Assembly: GCA_963762255.1 (NCBI GenBank)
Contig: CAVXKA010000001.1
Span: forward strand, 1,376,001-1,440,000
From: Candidatus Eiseniibacteriota bacterium
Lineage (GTDB): Bacteria; Eisenbacteria; RBG-16-71-46; JABDJR01
DNA length: 64,000 nucleotides
Direction: 5' to 3'
Of this stretch, positions 40,136-53,913 are shown piece by piece. The position numbers and the translations under genes were made by a program. The notes below the pieces were generated by a model. That model saw nothing but the letters and a program-made list of their open reading frames with translations, was not told the DNA's origin and did not search any database. Numbering within the stretch: the stretch's first letter is position 1; each line of letters begins with the position of its first letter.

Positions 40136-41323
40136 ATGCCTTCCGGAAGCAAGGATTACTACAAGACTCTGCAGGTTGATCCACATGCGGAGTCTGAAGT
40201 CATTGAAGCTGCATTCAAGCGGCTCGCTCACAAGTACCACCCGGACAAGAGCCGCGCATCCGACGCGACCGCTCGCATGCAGGAACTGATAGCAGCATAT
40301 GAAGTGCTTCGCGACCCCATCAAGCGCAGGCAGTATGACCAGGGGAGAGTGTCCCGATCCTCAGGTCTCGAAGGGGATTTCGAGGAAGAACGACGAAGGC
40401 GCGAAGAAGCGGAGCGATCTGACCGTCGTGCTCAGGGGGAGGCGCGAGAGGCCCGTCGCCGGGCTGCAGAGGCGCAGCGGATGCGCGAGGAAGCTGAAGC
40501 CGCGCGGTGGCGAGCTCAAGCCGAAGCCGAAGCCGCAAGACGATATGCGGAAGGGGAGAACCGCAAGCGCAGGGAGGCAGAGACGGCGGGACACGGCGCG
40601 GAGGGTGAGCGGCCGAGGGAGGGGGAGAGCAAGGCCGCGGGGCACGACGCCCAAGATGTATTGCGGGAAGGTACATGGCCTGACGAGAGACAACGGCACG
40701 CCAAGGGGACGCAACCATCCGAATCCACCGGTCAGGACCGTGAGCGAGATGGATTGGGATCCAAGGCGCCCAAGCAAGACAATCGCGCCGGGGTCAGGAA
40801 CGGAGAGGCCACGGCTCCTCGTAGCGCGAAGCCCGGTGTCCGGCACGGGCGCGTCTCCCAGGGACGGTCCTGGATGGTGCCGGTGCTCCTTACTCTGATA
40901 GTTGCGTCGGCAATCTACTATTTCAGCTGGCAATACGTGACGCGAAGGCTTGCTGCGGAAGAGGTCCGGGTGGCGCAAGACCTCCACTCCGCCACATCGC
41001 CCATCGGAAACGACGGAGACAGCGATATTGCGTCCTTCTATGCGTTCGATTCGCCGCCCCGGCCTGCCAGAAAGCCCGCGCCGGAGTATCCCGAGGTAGC
41101 CCTGGTGACGGGGGCCGAGGGGACGGTATGGGTCGAGGTGACTATCGACGAGAATGGGCGAGTTATCGCCGCTAGGGTGGTCAGGTCGACTGCGATTCAG
41201 GTTCTGAACGAAGCCGCCCGTGAGGCAGCTATGAAGTGGCTCTTCACCGCGGCCAAGCTGCACGGTGTGCCGGTTAAGTCCCGCATCAGCATTCCGTTCG
41301 AGTTTTCCGTCCGCGACCGATAG
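40136..41323 (+). CDS. J-domain - coiled coil - TM - TonB C-terminal domain fusion
   Basis: DYYKTLQV...KYHPDK...AYEVLRDP (DnaJ, HPD intact); R/E-rich coil; TM WMVPVLLTLIVASAIYYF; PEYPEVA..GAEGTVWVEVTIDENGRV...IPFEF (TonB_C). Confidence 0.85.
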   Translation: MPSGSKDYYKTLQVDPHAESEVIEAAFKRLAHKYHPDKSRASDATARMQELIAAYEVLRDPIKRRQYDQGRVSRSSGLEGDFEEERRRREEAERSDRRAQGEAREARRRAAEAQRMREEAEAARWRAQAEAEAARRYAEGENRKRREAETAGHGAEGERPREGESKAAGHDAQDVLREGTWPDERQRHAKGTQPSESTGQDRERDGLGSKAPKQDNRAGVRNGEATAPRSAKPGVRHGRVSQGRSWMVPVLLTLIVASAIYYFSWQYVTRRLAAEEVRVAQDLHSATSPIGNDGDSDIASFYAFDSPPRPARKPAPEYPEVALVTGAEGTVWVEVTIDENGRVIAARVVRSTAIQVLNEAAREAAMKWLFTAAKLHGVPVKSRISIPFEFSVRDR

Positions 41324-41866
41324 TCCCTCGTGCTCATGCCCGCAGAGCCGACTCACTTTTCTTTCCCGCGCCGGAGGGGACTCAACCACGAACGGTGTCA
41401 CCTCGTGCAGGTGGGGTACTCCTGATCCTCCTGGTTGGTGCACGCGGTGCTCGCTGGCCCGGAAAGATTGGACCTGTGGAGGCACTGGGTGCTCTGGCGG
41501 GACTCAGACCTCCGTGCCTTTCGCCCTTCCGCCTCATCTTCGCGATGCTCCTCCCCGGCCCGCCTCGGCACTGGGGGGTGGGCATCTCGAAGGGCTTTCT
41601 CGTCATGGGACGAGGAAGTTGTAAACGCCGGTCGAAAACCGCGGCGTCGCATGCCGCCGACCGTCAGGTTCGTGCCCCTTCGAAACCAGTGGCGAAGGTA
41701 TAGTTGGCTGTGGAGCAAGGAGTTAGATCCGTTTGCCATGTAAGTGAGGCGCGTGGTGTACCAGCGTGCATCCTCTGCTGCAGCTCACCGCCGGCCGCCT
41801 ACAGCAGACTGGTTCATCGCCATTCGGCCTCATTGGGGTACACTGCGGCCATCCCCGTATGGAGCA

Positions 41867-44800
41867 ATGATGGCCGCGGATCTCATTCCATGGATCAGAT
41901 ACTGGCGTCGTGATGAAACGGTAGTTCCACTGCCCGCCAGCGGGTTTCTCTCACAAGAGATGCTCGCTCAAGCCGCGAGTACGGGTGCCGTCTCGACGCT
42001 TCGAGAGTTGACGGATGTTCCCTGCTTGATCTTGTTGGGTGAACCCGGGCTCGGCAAGACGCGGCTTATCCAACAGGAGGAGCGGGATCTCGCGGCCATG
42101 CTCGTGCCTGCGGACGAATCGCGGTACCTAGACCTCGGCGCCTATAGCAACGAGGCACGACTATGGGATGCCCTCGCGCAAGGCACGCGAACGGACCCAG
42201 CGCCCCATGTTCTGCATCTCTTTCTCGACAGCTTTGACGAGTGCCAGTCGCGCATCCCGAACCTTGGTCGACTAGTCGTTCAGTTTCTGCGTGACCATCG
42301 AACCTACCTCCCGCGGCTGCGACTCCGGATCGCCTCTCGGACATTGGACTGGCCCAGGACCTTGGAGGAGGATCTGCGAGTCCTTTGGGACCGCGGGCAG
42401 GTGGGTCTTTATCATCTCCTCCCGCTGACGCAGGAAGACGTGCGGCTCGCGGCCGAGGCGGCAAGCCTCAACCCTAACGCCTTCCTTCAGGAGATCCAGG
42501 CCTTCCGGGCAGAACCGCTTGCCGCGACTCCTCTCACGCTGAACATGCTCCTCAACGTCTATTGCCAGACCGGAACGCTCGGTGGGAGTCAGGCGGAGTT
42601 GTTTGAGAATGGCTGCCTGCATCTTCTCGAGGAATCGCACCGGGCAGGAGGGGTTGATCGCAGTCCGTTGGCGACACAAGACCGATTGGAGATAGCGACT
42701 CGGATCGGGGCCATGCTCCTGTTCTGTGGAAGGGTGGCGGTCCAGATGGGTGCGGCATCCATCGATTCCGGCAGTGAGGACTTGCGGCTCACCGAAATCC
42801 AGGGCGGGCATGAAGAAGCCGATGGTCGGAAGGTTGCCGTGACGCCCGAAGCGGTCGCGGACGCCCTCAAGTCCGGCTTGTTCGTCGGCGTGGATGACCG
42901 GCGCGTGGTTGCCCAACACAAGTCATTCACCGAGTTCCTGGCCGCCCGGTTCCTCACCAAGCGCGGGTTGAAACCCGAGGAGGCGCTCGGTTGCGTCACC
43001 TGCAAGGTGGGGAAGAAGCACACCTATGTGGTTCCGCAACTGGCCCCCGTGGCGTCGTGGCTTGCGAATCTGGACGGAGCGATACTGGACAGACTCGTCG
43101 ACCTTGAGCCTCAAGTTGTTCTCCAGAGTGACAGTAGGCTCCTTGACGACAATGAGCGGGCCAGGCTTGTCGACGCGTTGTTGGGGCAGCTCAAGGCCGG
43201 TGAGCGCGAGCAGTTGCACCCCGAGATGGGGATGTATCTTCAACGCTTGCGGCATCCTGGTCTGGCGGAACAACTCCGTCCGACGATTGTGGATCACGAC
43301 AATCAGTGGCCAGCTCGCGCAGCAGCCATCGAGATTGCCGAAGCGTGTGTCGCGCATAATCTCCAGGACGCCCTCGTCACCGTGGCCCTTGGGAAAGATG
43401 AGATCCAGCATCTGCGTCTGCTCGCGACCCATGCTCTGGCCACCGTCGGGGATGAGAGGCATCTAGTCAGGCTGCTCCCGCTGGCCACCGGGGGCGCTGG
43501 CGATGATCCCCTGGATGATCTGCGCGCCAGAGCACTGCGTACCCTGCGTGGAAGGGGGTTGCTCCGAGGAGATGATCTCTTCGTTTGTATCACGCTTCCA
43601 AGCCGCCCGCAGCTCCTCGGCTCCTACGCGTTCTACCTCATGCACGACTTGCCGGAGAGTCTTGAGGCGGCAGAGTTGCCAGCCGCGTTGAGATGGGCAA
43701 TAGGGATGAGTGACAGGGCGAAACTGCCCCATGCTATTGGCGAACTGATCCAGACGATTCTCCAACGCGCTGCTGATTCTCCCGCGAGCCTTGAATCGGA
43801 GATGGCTCTCGTCGTTTCCAACTGCATCAAGAATGGGACCGAACTGAAGCTCTCAATCGAAGGGCCTCGACGGCGGGCGGTTCTTGAGGATGCCATCCAC
43901 AGGGTACCCGGCAGGGGGGCCGACTTCTACTACCTCAGGCGCCTGCTAACCGACGAAGATACTGGCTGGATCTCAGACTGCGCGGCGAACGTCGTGACCG
44001 GGGACGAGGCGGACAAGTGGTTCGTGCTGGTCCGCTCGCTCATGCGCGACGGGGAGGCAAGGTCATCTGACGAAGTGATCCAGCTTGTTGCGACCAATCC
44101 GCTAATGGCGGCGAAGTTCAGGGCATGGGTGGAGCCTGTCGAGCTTGAATCGCCAGAGGCAAAACGGCGCCGCGCTGACTACCTTGAGCTTCTGAATTGG
44201 GAGCGCGACTCCAAGGCAGAGGAACCAAGGCAGGCAACGCTCGAGGAAGTGGATGCTTGTCTGGCCCGGGTCCTGGATCGACAGGAATCAGAGGGATTCA
44301 ACGCGCTGTTGCGCCTGCTCGAACTTCAAGATGACGGGGGGACTCCAGGACCGATTCCTGAACTCGATCCGGAGGAAATGGACGGGTGGCATCAACTGGA
44401 TGACGATCGGCGAGAGCGGGTTAGGTTGGCCGCCGGTGCCTACCTACGCAAGGTAAGTCTGGCGCCGAGCGATTGGGATCAAGGAGTCGTCCCGATCGGT
44501 GTGGATGGCTACCGTGCGCTAGTCCTCTTAGGAAAGGACCCCAGGACACTTGGGGGCTTACCCGAGAGGGTGTGGACAGCTTGGTGTCCCGTCATCCTGC
44601 GCCTGTCGCCGCTCGGCATCGGCCGCGGCGAGGCGCACACCCGAGTCCTTCAAGGGGTCGCGAGCGTTGCGAGAGAGGCGTTCGGTGAGGTCGTGCGGGG
44701 AATGGTCATGCGAGCGCGTGGCCAAGGTCGCGATGTCACCCAGCTCTTGGTGCTCAAGTCATGCTGGAACGAAGAGTTGGGTCAGGTTTTGCTCGACCTC

Positions 44801-45886
44801 GCCCACGATAAGGAGACCCACGGTCAGACGCTGCGCAGGGTGCTGGGCATCCTGCTTGAGAATGGGTATCCCAGAGCTGAAGACATTGCGATCAAGGAAT
44901 TGAAGTACTGGCGATCGAAGGACCCTGTGCCCAGGTCGATTGTGGCTGCTGCTGCTCTCCTGATGGACGGCGGGGGTCAAGCTTGGGGCGCAGTGATTCA
45001 GGTCGTGAAGGCTCACGCGAATTGGGGAAAGAAACTGATGGCGTTCCTGTCGCAGAGCGCCTCCGGTCTCGACGTGGCTGTACCAGCCGACATGGATGAG
45101 GAGTCCCTCGCGGATCTCTACTTGTGGTTGGGGCGGCACTTTGCGCAGGGGGATGAACCAGTTGCAGAAGGAGTCTCCGCCGATCCTTCAAGGATTGCTA
45201 TTAGCCACTTCCGCGATCGGCTCTTGCGGAGCCTCCAGACCCAAGGTACAGAGGCGAGCGTGGAGGAGCTGGGGCGAATCGCAGATGAACTTCCTGATCA
45301 CGAATGGGTGAGACTCATGGGAGTCGAGGCAAGGAGAATGGTGGCCGCCCGCGCTTGGGCCCCCCTCGCACCTGAAGCGGTTCTACGAATTGGCCGGAGA
45401 GGGTCTGATTCCGCGCTGGAGTCCGCCACTTGCCCGGTCGGCACACGCGCTAGTCTCCCGCTAGCTGGGTCTCCGTGCTGGGAGCTCCCGGGGCTAAAGT
45501 GGTCTGAGATCAGCATGGACTTCCTTGACGGTGAGACGGTCAGGATTCGCGCCCAGCACCTGGACTTGCGGGCGACGTTCGCTGAGATGGGATTCAAGGA
45601 TGGTCGCAGTGCCCGCCCGAACGCCAAGTGGCTCCTCCTGCAGGAGATCGCTGACAATAACGGATTCCTGCCCGGCGGGCGGGGGAAGAACCGGGCGGCG
45701 GAGAGACAGCGGAAGCACAAGCTAACCGAGCTACTAATGCAGTATTTCCGTGCCGAAGGGGATCCATTTGGGCTCTACGTCCGGAATCAAGGCTGGGAAG
45801 TTCAATTCAAAATCCGGCCCGAAGCGGGGAGGGGTGATTACTCACCCCCCCGGCGGATCCTTCCGAGCGAGATTGATGAAGATTGA
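41867..45886 (+). CDS. Large NACHT/STAND NTPase with helical repeats and a putative C-terminal DNA-binding domain
   Basis: LILLGEPGLGKT (Walker A), LFLDSFDE (Walker B), LRIASR, PLTLNML, HKSFTEFLAA; long HEAT-like region; distinct ~130-aa C-terminal domain. Confidence 0.8.
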   Translation: MMAADLIPWIRYWRRDETVVPLPASGFLSQEMLAQAASTGAVSTLRELTDVPCLILLGEPGLGKTRLIQQEERDLAAMLVPADESRYLDLGAYSNEARLWDALAQGTRTDPAPHVLHLFLDSFDECQSRIPNLGRLVVQFLRDHRTYLPRLRLRIASRTLDWPRTLEEDLRVLWDRGQVGLYHLLPLTQEDVRLAAEAASLNPNAFLQEIQAFRAEPLAATPLTLNMLLNVYCQTGTLGGSQAELFENGCLHLLEESHRAGGVDRSPLATQDRLEIATRIGAMLLFCGRVAVQMGAASIDSGSEDLRLTEIQGGHEEADGRKVAVTPEAVADALKSGLFVGVDDRRVVAQHKSFTEFLAARFLTKRGLKPEEALGCVTCKVGKKHTYVVPQLAPVASWLANLDGAILDRLVDLEPQVVLQSDSRLLDDNERARLVDALLGQLKAGEREQLHPEMGMYLQRLRHPGLAEQLRPTIVDHDNQWPARAAAIEIAEACVAHNLQDALVTVALGKDEIQHLRLLATHALATVGDERHLVRLLPLATGGAGDDPLDDLRARALRTLRGRGLLRGDDLFVCITLPSRPQLLGSYAFYLMHDLPESLEAAELPAALRWAIGMSDRAKLPHAIGELIQTILQRAADSPASLESEMALVVSNCIKNGTELKLSIEGPRRRAVLEDAIHRVPGRGADFYYLRRLLTDEDTGWISDCAANVVTGDEADKWFVLVRSLMRDGEARSSDEVIQLVATNPLMAAKFRAWVEPVELESPEAKRRRADYLELLNWERDSKAEEPRQATLEEVDACLARVLDRQESEGFNALLRLLELQDDGGTPGPIPELDPEEMDGWHQLDDDRRERVRLAAGAYLRKVSLAPSDWDQGVVPIGVDGYRALVLLGKDPRTLGGLPERVWTAWCPVILRLSPLGIGRGEAHTRVLQGVASVAREAFGEVVRGMVMRARGQGRDVTQLLVLKSCWNEELGQVLLDLAHDKETHGQTLRRVLGILLENGYPRAEDIAIKELKYWRSKDPVPRSIVAAAALLMDGGGQAWGAVIQVVKAHANWGKKLMAFLSQSASGLDVAVPADMDEESLADLYLWLGRHFAQGDEPVAEGVSADPSRIAISHFRDRLLRSLQTQGTEASVEELGRIADELPDHEWVRLMGVEARRMVAARAWAPLAPEAVLRIGRRGSDSALESATCPVGTRASLPLAGSPCWELPGLKWSEISMDFLDGETVRIRAQHLDLRATFAEMGFKDGRSARPNAKWLLLQEIADNNGFLPGGRGKNRAAERQRKHKLTELLMQYFRAEGDPFGLYVRNQGWEVQFKIRPEAGRGDYSPPRRILPSEIDED

Positions 45887-45978
45887 GTTGATTGCTGCTC
45901 AAGTACTTATGAATTCACTCTGATCTTTTTCTCCGCCCGAAACCCGCCCAGCGTGACTTCTAACCGCCTCCCTATGAA

Positions 45979-46317
45979 ATGACCGATGAACGGTTCGGGA
46001 AGTCAACCAGCCTCGACAGCAAGCGCGCAAAGCTCACGCTGAGCCGCTGCGTCGGGCATCTGGATGAGGTAGGAGACAACTGGCCCCAGGTTCAGCTGAT
46101 GCTGACGAAGCTAGTTGCTCGTGCAGCGCTGGCGAGGTGCTCCCCGAATCGAGAGTGTTCATCCGAGGCCGAAGCGGCACATTCCGGGCCGTCCGCGGCC
46201 GCCGCGGCGGTGACGGGCGCTCCACCCGCAAGCGTGGGCGGCCCGGGATCAATTGGAGAATCGGAGCATGAACGAACTCTTGAACAGCGCCCTCGCGCAC
46301 TTGAACCTGACCGGTAA
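45979..46317 (+). CDS. Small hypothetical protein upstream of the primase
   Basis: ORF in the position where satellite excisionase/regulatory genes usually lie; no motif recognised. Confidence 0.35.
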   Translation: MTDERFGKSTSLDSKRAKLTLSRCVGHLDEVGDNWPQVQLMLTKLVARAALARCSPNRECSSEAEAAHSGPSAAAAAVTGAPPASVGGPGSIGESEHERTLEQRPRALEPDR

Positions 46318-48675
46318 GAGAACCCCTGACGGTCGGCACATTGCCTGGTGCCCATTCCATCCCGATGGGCAGGGGACGCCGCCGCATCAGGCGAATCTCC
46401 TGGTCTCCGACCGGGGCTTCATTTGCCACGCATGCGGGGCGCAAGGAAGTCTTCGGGACTTAGCGGGGCGGTTGGAGATTCCGACCAGCGCCGCAGAAGT
46501 GGTCTACGTCTACCAGGACGCTGACGGCAATGACAAGTTCCGGATCGTCCGGCGGGCCGGCAAGAAGTTCTCAGTTCAACATCGCAACAAGAGCGGTGGA
46601 TGGAGCAAGGGCCTCGGGCCTGCCGTCCGTGTCATCTACCGGCTGCCCGAGATCCTGAAGTCCGAGTCCAACGTCCCGGTCTTCATTGTTGAGGGCGAGA
46701 AGGACGCTGACCGACTCGCTGCGAATGGCCGCATCGCCACCACCAACCCCTTTGGTGCCGGCAAGTGGCGGCCTGAGTACAACGAGCCGCTGCGGGATCG
46801 CAACGTGATCATCATCCCCGACAACGATGAGGCGGGTCGAAACCACGCCATAGTCGTCGCGCAGTCCCTCACTGGGGTGGCCAAGTCCATCAAGGTCGTT
46901 GCGTTGCCAGACCTCGACGAGAAAGGTGACGTTTCGGACTGGCTGAATGCTGGTCACACGATCGAGGACCTCGACCGCGTGGTCGAGGCATCTCCCGTCT
47001 GGACAGCGGACGAAGGAGAAGAAGCTTCGCCGATGGGGGTCCGCGACGGCGACCCGAAAGACCTCGTGCGGACGCTCCTGGACGAGGGCATCGAGCTGTT
47101 CCACGACCAATTCAAGGTTCCCCACGCCCGGGTTCCCGTGGATGGACATTGGGAGAACTGCGCTCTGGGGGATTTCGGCTTCAAGCGGTGGGCGGCTCTC
47201 CGATACTACGAACGCACCGGGAAGATGCTGCAACGAGACAAGTTCAGCGCAGCCCTGCTCGTGCTCGAGGCCAAGGCTGCCAACGAAGCGCCCCAGCGAG
47301 AACTTCACACTCGCGTAGCCAACTTCGAAGGCGCGATCTGGTACGACTTGTCCGATCGGGACTGGAGATGCGTGCGCATTGCGCCGGATGGTTGGGAAGT
47401 CGTCTCTGACCCGCCGATCCTCTTCCGGCGGTGGCCTCACCAGCAGCCGCAGGTCGAGCCTGTCCGCGGTGGATCCCTCGGGAACATCTTCAACTTCTTG
47501 CCCCTGTCGCGAGCGGAGTGGGAGACGTTGCTTCTGCCCTACCTGGTGGCCTGTCTGGTGCCTGACATCCCGCATCCAATCCTAGCTACGTTTGGCCCGA
47601 ACGGCGCCGGGAAGAGCACGATCAGTCGCATCTTCAAGATCTTGATCGACCCGTCCACGCTGGCAACTCTGGCCTTTGGAACTGACCAAGCGGGACTCGT
47701 TCAGCAACTCTCTCACCACTACTACGCGTGCTATGACAACGTGTCGGCGCTCCCGGATTGGGCGAGCGACTTCCTGTGCCGAGCATCTACTGGAGAGGGA
47801 TTCACGAAGCGCGGTCTGTACACGAACGACGAGGACTTCATCTACGCCTACCGGCGCTGCGCGAGTCTCAACGGGCTGAACCTCGTCGTTCTGAAGCCCG
47901 ACCTGCTGGATCGAACGATCCTGGTGCACGTGGAAGGGATCGGAAAGACGGAACGGCGGGAGGAGAAGGAGTTCTGGACGCAATTCGAGAGCGTGAGAGC
48001 CCGGCTTCTGGGAGCGGTCTTCGACGCGCTGAGCGTCGCCATGAAGGTCAAGACTGCTCAGAAGCACAAGGATCTTCCCCGCATGGCCGACTTCGCGGCG
48101 TGGGGAGCCGCTGCCGCCGAAGCCATCGGCATTGGCAGCCAGACCTTCCTGGACCACTACGCTCGCGACGAGGGCGCCCGCATCGAGGAGCTGATCTGCG
48201 AGGACCCTCTGGCACTGGCGATCGTTGAACTCGTGCGGGCTCGGGGGTCATGGAGTGGCCTCGCGAGCGAGCTTCTCAAGGAAGTGAAGAGGTGGGGCCA
48301 CATGGAGAACGCCGACCAGCACGATGCCCGTTGGCCCAAGACCCCCAATCGCCTGTCCGCCCGACTGAACGAACTTCAGGCCAGTCTGGGCAAGGCCGGG
48401 GTGGAGTACCGCGGTCGTCGGACCAACCAGGGGAAGTGGATCGATCTTCGCCCCCTCGACGTGCCCGCTAGCCCAGGAACGCCCGGCAAGGACGGTGACG
48501 GTCTTCGTGGGGGATCGTCACCTCGAACTGCGGGGGGATCGTCACTCCGTAACAAGTTGACTGGCAACGTGTTAAGCGGTAACTGTGGTTTGAGTGACGA
48601 TGATGACGATCCTTCTGCCCCCACTGGTGGCTCGGCTTCACGCAGCGACTCACCCCGGATGGGGGCCTTGGGGAA

Positions 48676-48679
<4 letters not shown>
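46268..48679 (+). CDS. Primase-helicase replication protein (Zn finger + TOPRIM + P-loop)
   Basis: CPFH...CHAC Zn finger; VFIVEGEKDAD and IIPDNDEAG (TOPRIM); GDVSDWL; GPNGAGKST, YDNVS, DLLDRT (ATPase). Confidence 0.88.
48491..48613. repeat. Iteron-like CGTCAC cluster, right (putative origin)
   Basis: GGGGGATCGTCAC at 48509-48521 and 48533-48545; inverted GTGACGAT (48594) and GATGACGATCC (48602); GACGGTGACGG (48491); AT-richer spacer 48550-48592. Confidence 0.65.
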
Positions 48680-50415
<1,736 letters not shown>

Positions 50416-50441
50416 ACCGTAAACTGTTCAATGGGCGAGTG

Positions 50442-50470
50442 ACACTATCAGGGGTCCTCGGGAGCGTCAA
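50442..50470 (-). promoter_or_regulatory. Sigma70 promoter of tRNA-fMet
   Basis: Minus strand TTGACG-N17-TAGTGT, about 25 bp upstream of the tRNA. Confidence 0.6.
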
Positions 50471-50927
50471 GCCCCGCGTCCGAGGCCTCCGGAGCCGCCG
50501 CCGGCGGTGCCGCCATCGCCGGGCCCTCGGCGGGCGCCTCGTCATCCTCGAACCGGTAAATCTTCTCGTCGGGGCCCACCATCATGTACTTCTCGCGGGC
50601 CACCTTCTCGAGGCTGAACGGATCGTTCTCCTTGAGCAGCACTTCCTGCTCGAGTTGGCTCCGTTCGTTCCGCAGCTTCGCCGCCTCCGCCTGCACCGTG
50701 GCGAGTTCCTTCTTCACCTGCGCCTTGCGGATGAGGCCGCGCTCACCGGCCACGAAATTCGCGACATACACGGCGAACACGACGGCCACCAATCCCCAGC
50801 GGAAGCGGGGAGGCAGGGAGAAGCCGCGCCCTTGGTAGCCCAAGCGCAGATAGCGGTATCGGACGGGGTCCAATCGAGTCGGGTGGGGAACCAACCGAGC
50901 CCTCCTTGGTGGTTCGCCCTCGCACAC
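50448..50927 (-). CDS. ftsB: Septum formation initiator FtsB/DivIC family
   Basis: TM, then GERGL, coiled coil and LEKVAREKYMMVGPDEKIY; downstream of eno (common synteny); start uncertain. Confidence 0.75.
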   Translation of the reverse strand: MCEGEPPRRARLVPHPTRLDPVRYRYLRLGYQGRGFSLPPRFRWGLVAVVFAVYVANFVAGERGLIRKAQVKKELATVQAEAAKLRNERSQLEQEVLLKENDPFSLEKVAREKYMMVGPDEKIYRFEDDEAPAEGPAMAAPPAAAPEASDAGLDAPEDP

Positions 50928-51054
50928 GCGAAGTGAGCCGGACTATACGCCGGAGCACGACGGCGGGGCAAGCAGTGACGCCTGCCCCGCGTCGTTCCTC
51001 ACGAAGACGCGCGCAGTGTATCGGCGCGCCGCCGCAAGCTGACCGGCGCTCCGC

Positions 51055-52563
<1,509 letters not shown>

Positions 52564-52621
52564 CTAGTTTCGCCGGGCTGTGTGGGGGAGACCCGCATCC
52601 GATTTCGGGGCAAGACCTTCC

Positions 52622-52650
52622 TGCAACCCGGCCTCGGGCGGGCCCGTAAT
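52622..52650 (+). promoter_or_regulatory. Putative SigW-like autoregulatory ECF promoter
   Basis: TGCAAC-N17-CGTAAT just upstream of the ECF sigma gene (cf. the SigW consensus TGAAAC-N16/17-CGTA). Confidence 0.5.
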
Positions 52651-52676
52651 ACGGTCGCAAGTGAAGGACGCGCGAG

Positions 52677-53270
52677 TTGACGGAAGACCCGAGGGAAGAT
52701 CGGGACCTGGTCCTCAGGTGCTTGAAGAACGACCAGGCCGCTTACCGTCGGCTCCTGGAAAAGTATCGGCGTCCGGTTTACGGGATCGTCCGGCGGATGA
52801 TCCCCGACGACGAGGACGCGCGGGATCTTTCCCAGGAATCCTTCATCCGCGCGTTTCGCAGCCTGGATCAGTTCGATCCGGAGCGGCGATTTTCGAGTTG
52901 GCTCTTTCGTATCGCGCACAACCTCTGCATCGATCACTACCGCCGGCGAAAGCTGGACACGGTGCCGATGGTGCGACGCGATGACGGAGAAGAATCGACA
53001 TGGGATCTCCCCGATACGACGCCGGGACCTGGAATGGAGTTCTCCGACCGGGAACGCGGCCGTAGGCTGCTCGCTGCGGTGGAGTCGCTGCCGCCGGCGT
53101 ATCGGTCGGTGATCGTCCTGCGTCATCAGCAGGGGCTCGCCTACGAGGAGATCGCCGAGGTGATGGAGCTTCCGCTCGGCACGATCAAGGCCCGCATTCA
53201 CAGGGCCCATCGGTTGCTGAAAGAAAAGCTCGTACGGCAGGGGCTCGACTGGCTCCCTGAGGAAAGCTGA
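52677..53270 (+). CDS. ECF sigma factor (SigW/RpoE-like)
   Basis: DARDLSQESFIRAF, FSSWLFRIAHNLCIDHYR, LAYEEIAEVMELPLGTIKARIHRA. Confidence 0.93.
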   Translation: MTEDPREDRDLVLRCLKNDQAAYRRLLEKYRRPVYGIVRRMIPDDEDARDLSQESFIRAFRSLDQFDPERRFSSWLFRIAHNLCIDHYRRRKLDTVPMVRRDDGEESTWDLPDTTPGPGMEFSDRERGRRLLAAVESLPPAYRSVIVLRHQQGLAYEEIAEVMELPLGTIKARIHRAHRLLKEKLVRQGLDWLPEES

Positions 53271-53277
53271 ACGGATC

Positions 53278-53913
53278 ATGAAGGGCACTCACGAACCTGC
53301 ACATCCGGACCACCGGGTCCTCGAGCGCTACCTCGACGAGGAACTCCCCGCGAGCGAGCGGGAGTTCGTCGAGACACACCTTCATGCCTGCGCGGGCTGC
53401 AGGCGCGAACTGCGCGCGTACCAGGTCTTCCTGGGCGAACTCGACCGCCTGCCGCGCCCCGAGCTTCCCGCCGGATTCGACGTTCGCATCCTCGACGCCG
53501 TCCTGCCGCGCCACGAGGACGCCTCGCTCATCCACCTTGTCACCAGAGCCTACGGCATCCTCGCCGCGATCCTCGGCGCGATCGTGCTGGGCGTGCTTGC
53601 GGTTGCGGGTCCGGGACCGATCCGCGGGGTCGCCACCGGGGCCGTGGTCGAAGGCGTGAACGGCGTGCTGGGCGTCTTCGGTGCGCTGGGGGCGGGGACC
53701 GTCAACCTCCTTCGCGCGATCGACGATCTCGTGCCGCTCGCCGACGCCGTTGCGGCGATTCTCCGTAGCCTCGAGACCGTGGCCACCGCGACCCTCGCCC
53801 CTCAGGTGCTCCTGGTCACGGTGCTCACGATGATGCTCGCGACTCTCGTCCTGGTCTGGGCCATGTCGCCGGCCCGGGAAAGGGGTGTTCCTCATGTCTC
53901 TCTCTCTCTCTAG
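53278..53913 (+). CDS. zf-HC2 anti-sigma factor with TM segments
   Basis: H...YLDEEL...HLHACAGC (HxxxCxxC), then hydrophobic helices. Confidence 0.85.
   Translation: MKGTHEPAHPDHRVLERYLDEELPASEREFVETHLHACAGCRRELRAYQVFLGELDRLPRPELPAGFDVRILDAVLPRHEDASLIHLVTRAYGILAAILGAIVLGVLAVAGPGPIRGVATGAVVEGVNGVLGVFGALGAGTVNLLRAIDDLVPLADAVAAILRSLETVATATLAPQVLLVTVLTMMLATLVLVWAMSPARERGVPHVSLSL

Noticed and set aside
41324-41866. Short ORFs upstream of the NACHT gene
   Set aside because: Mutually overlapping, with no RBS or motif support; probably decayed sequence and promoter region.
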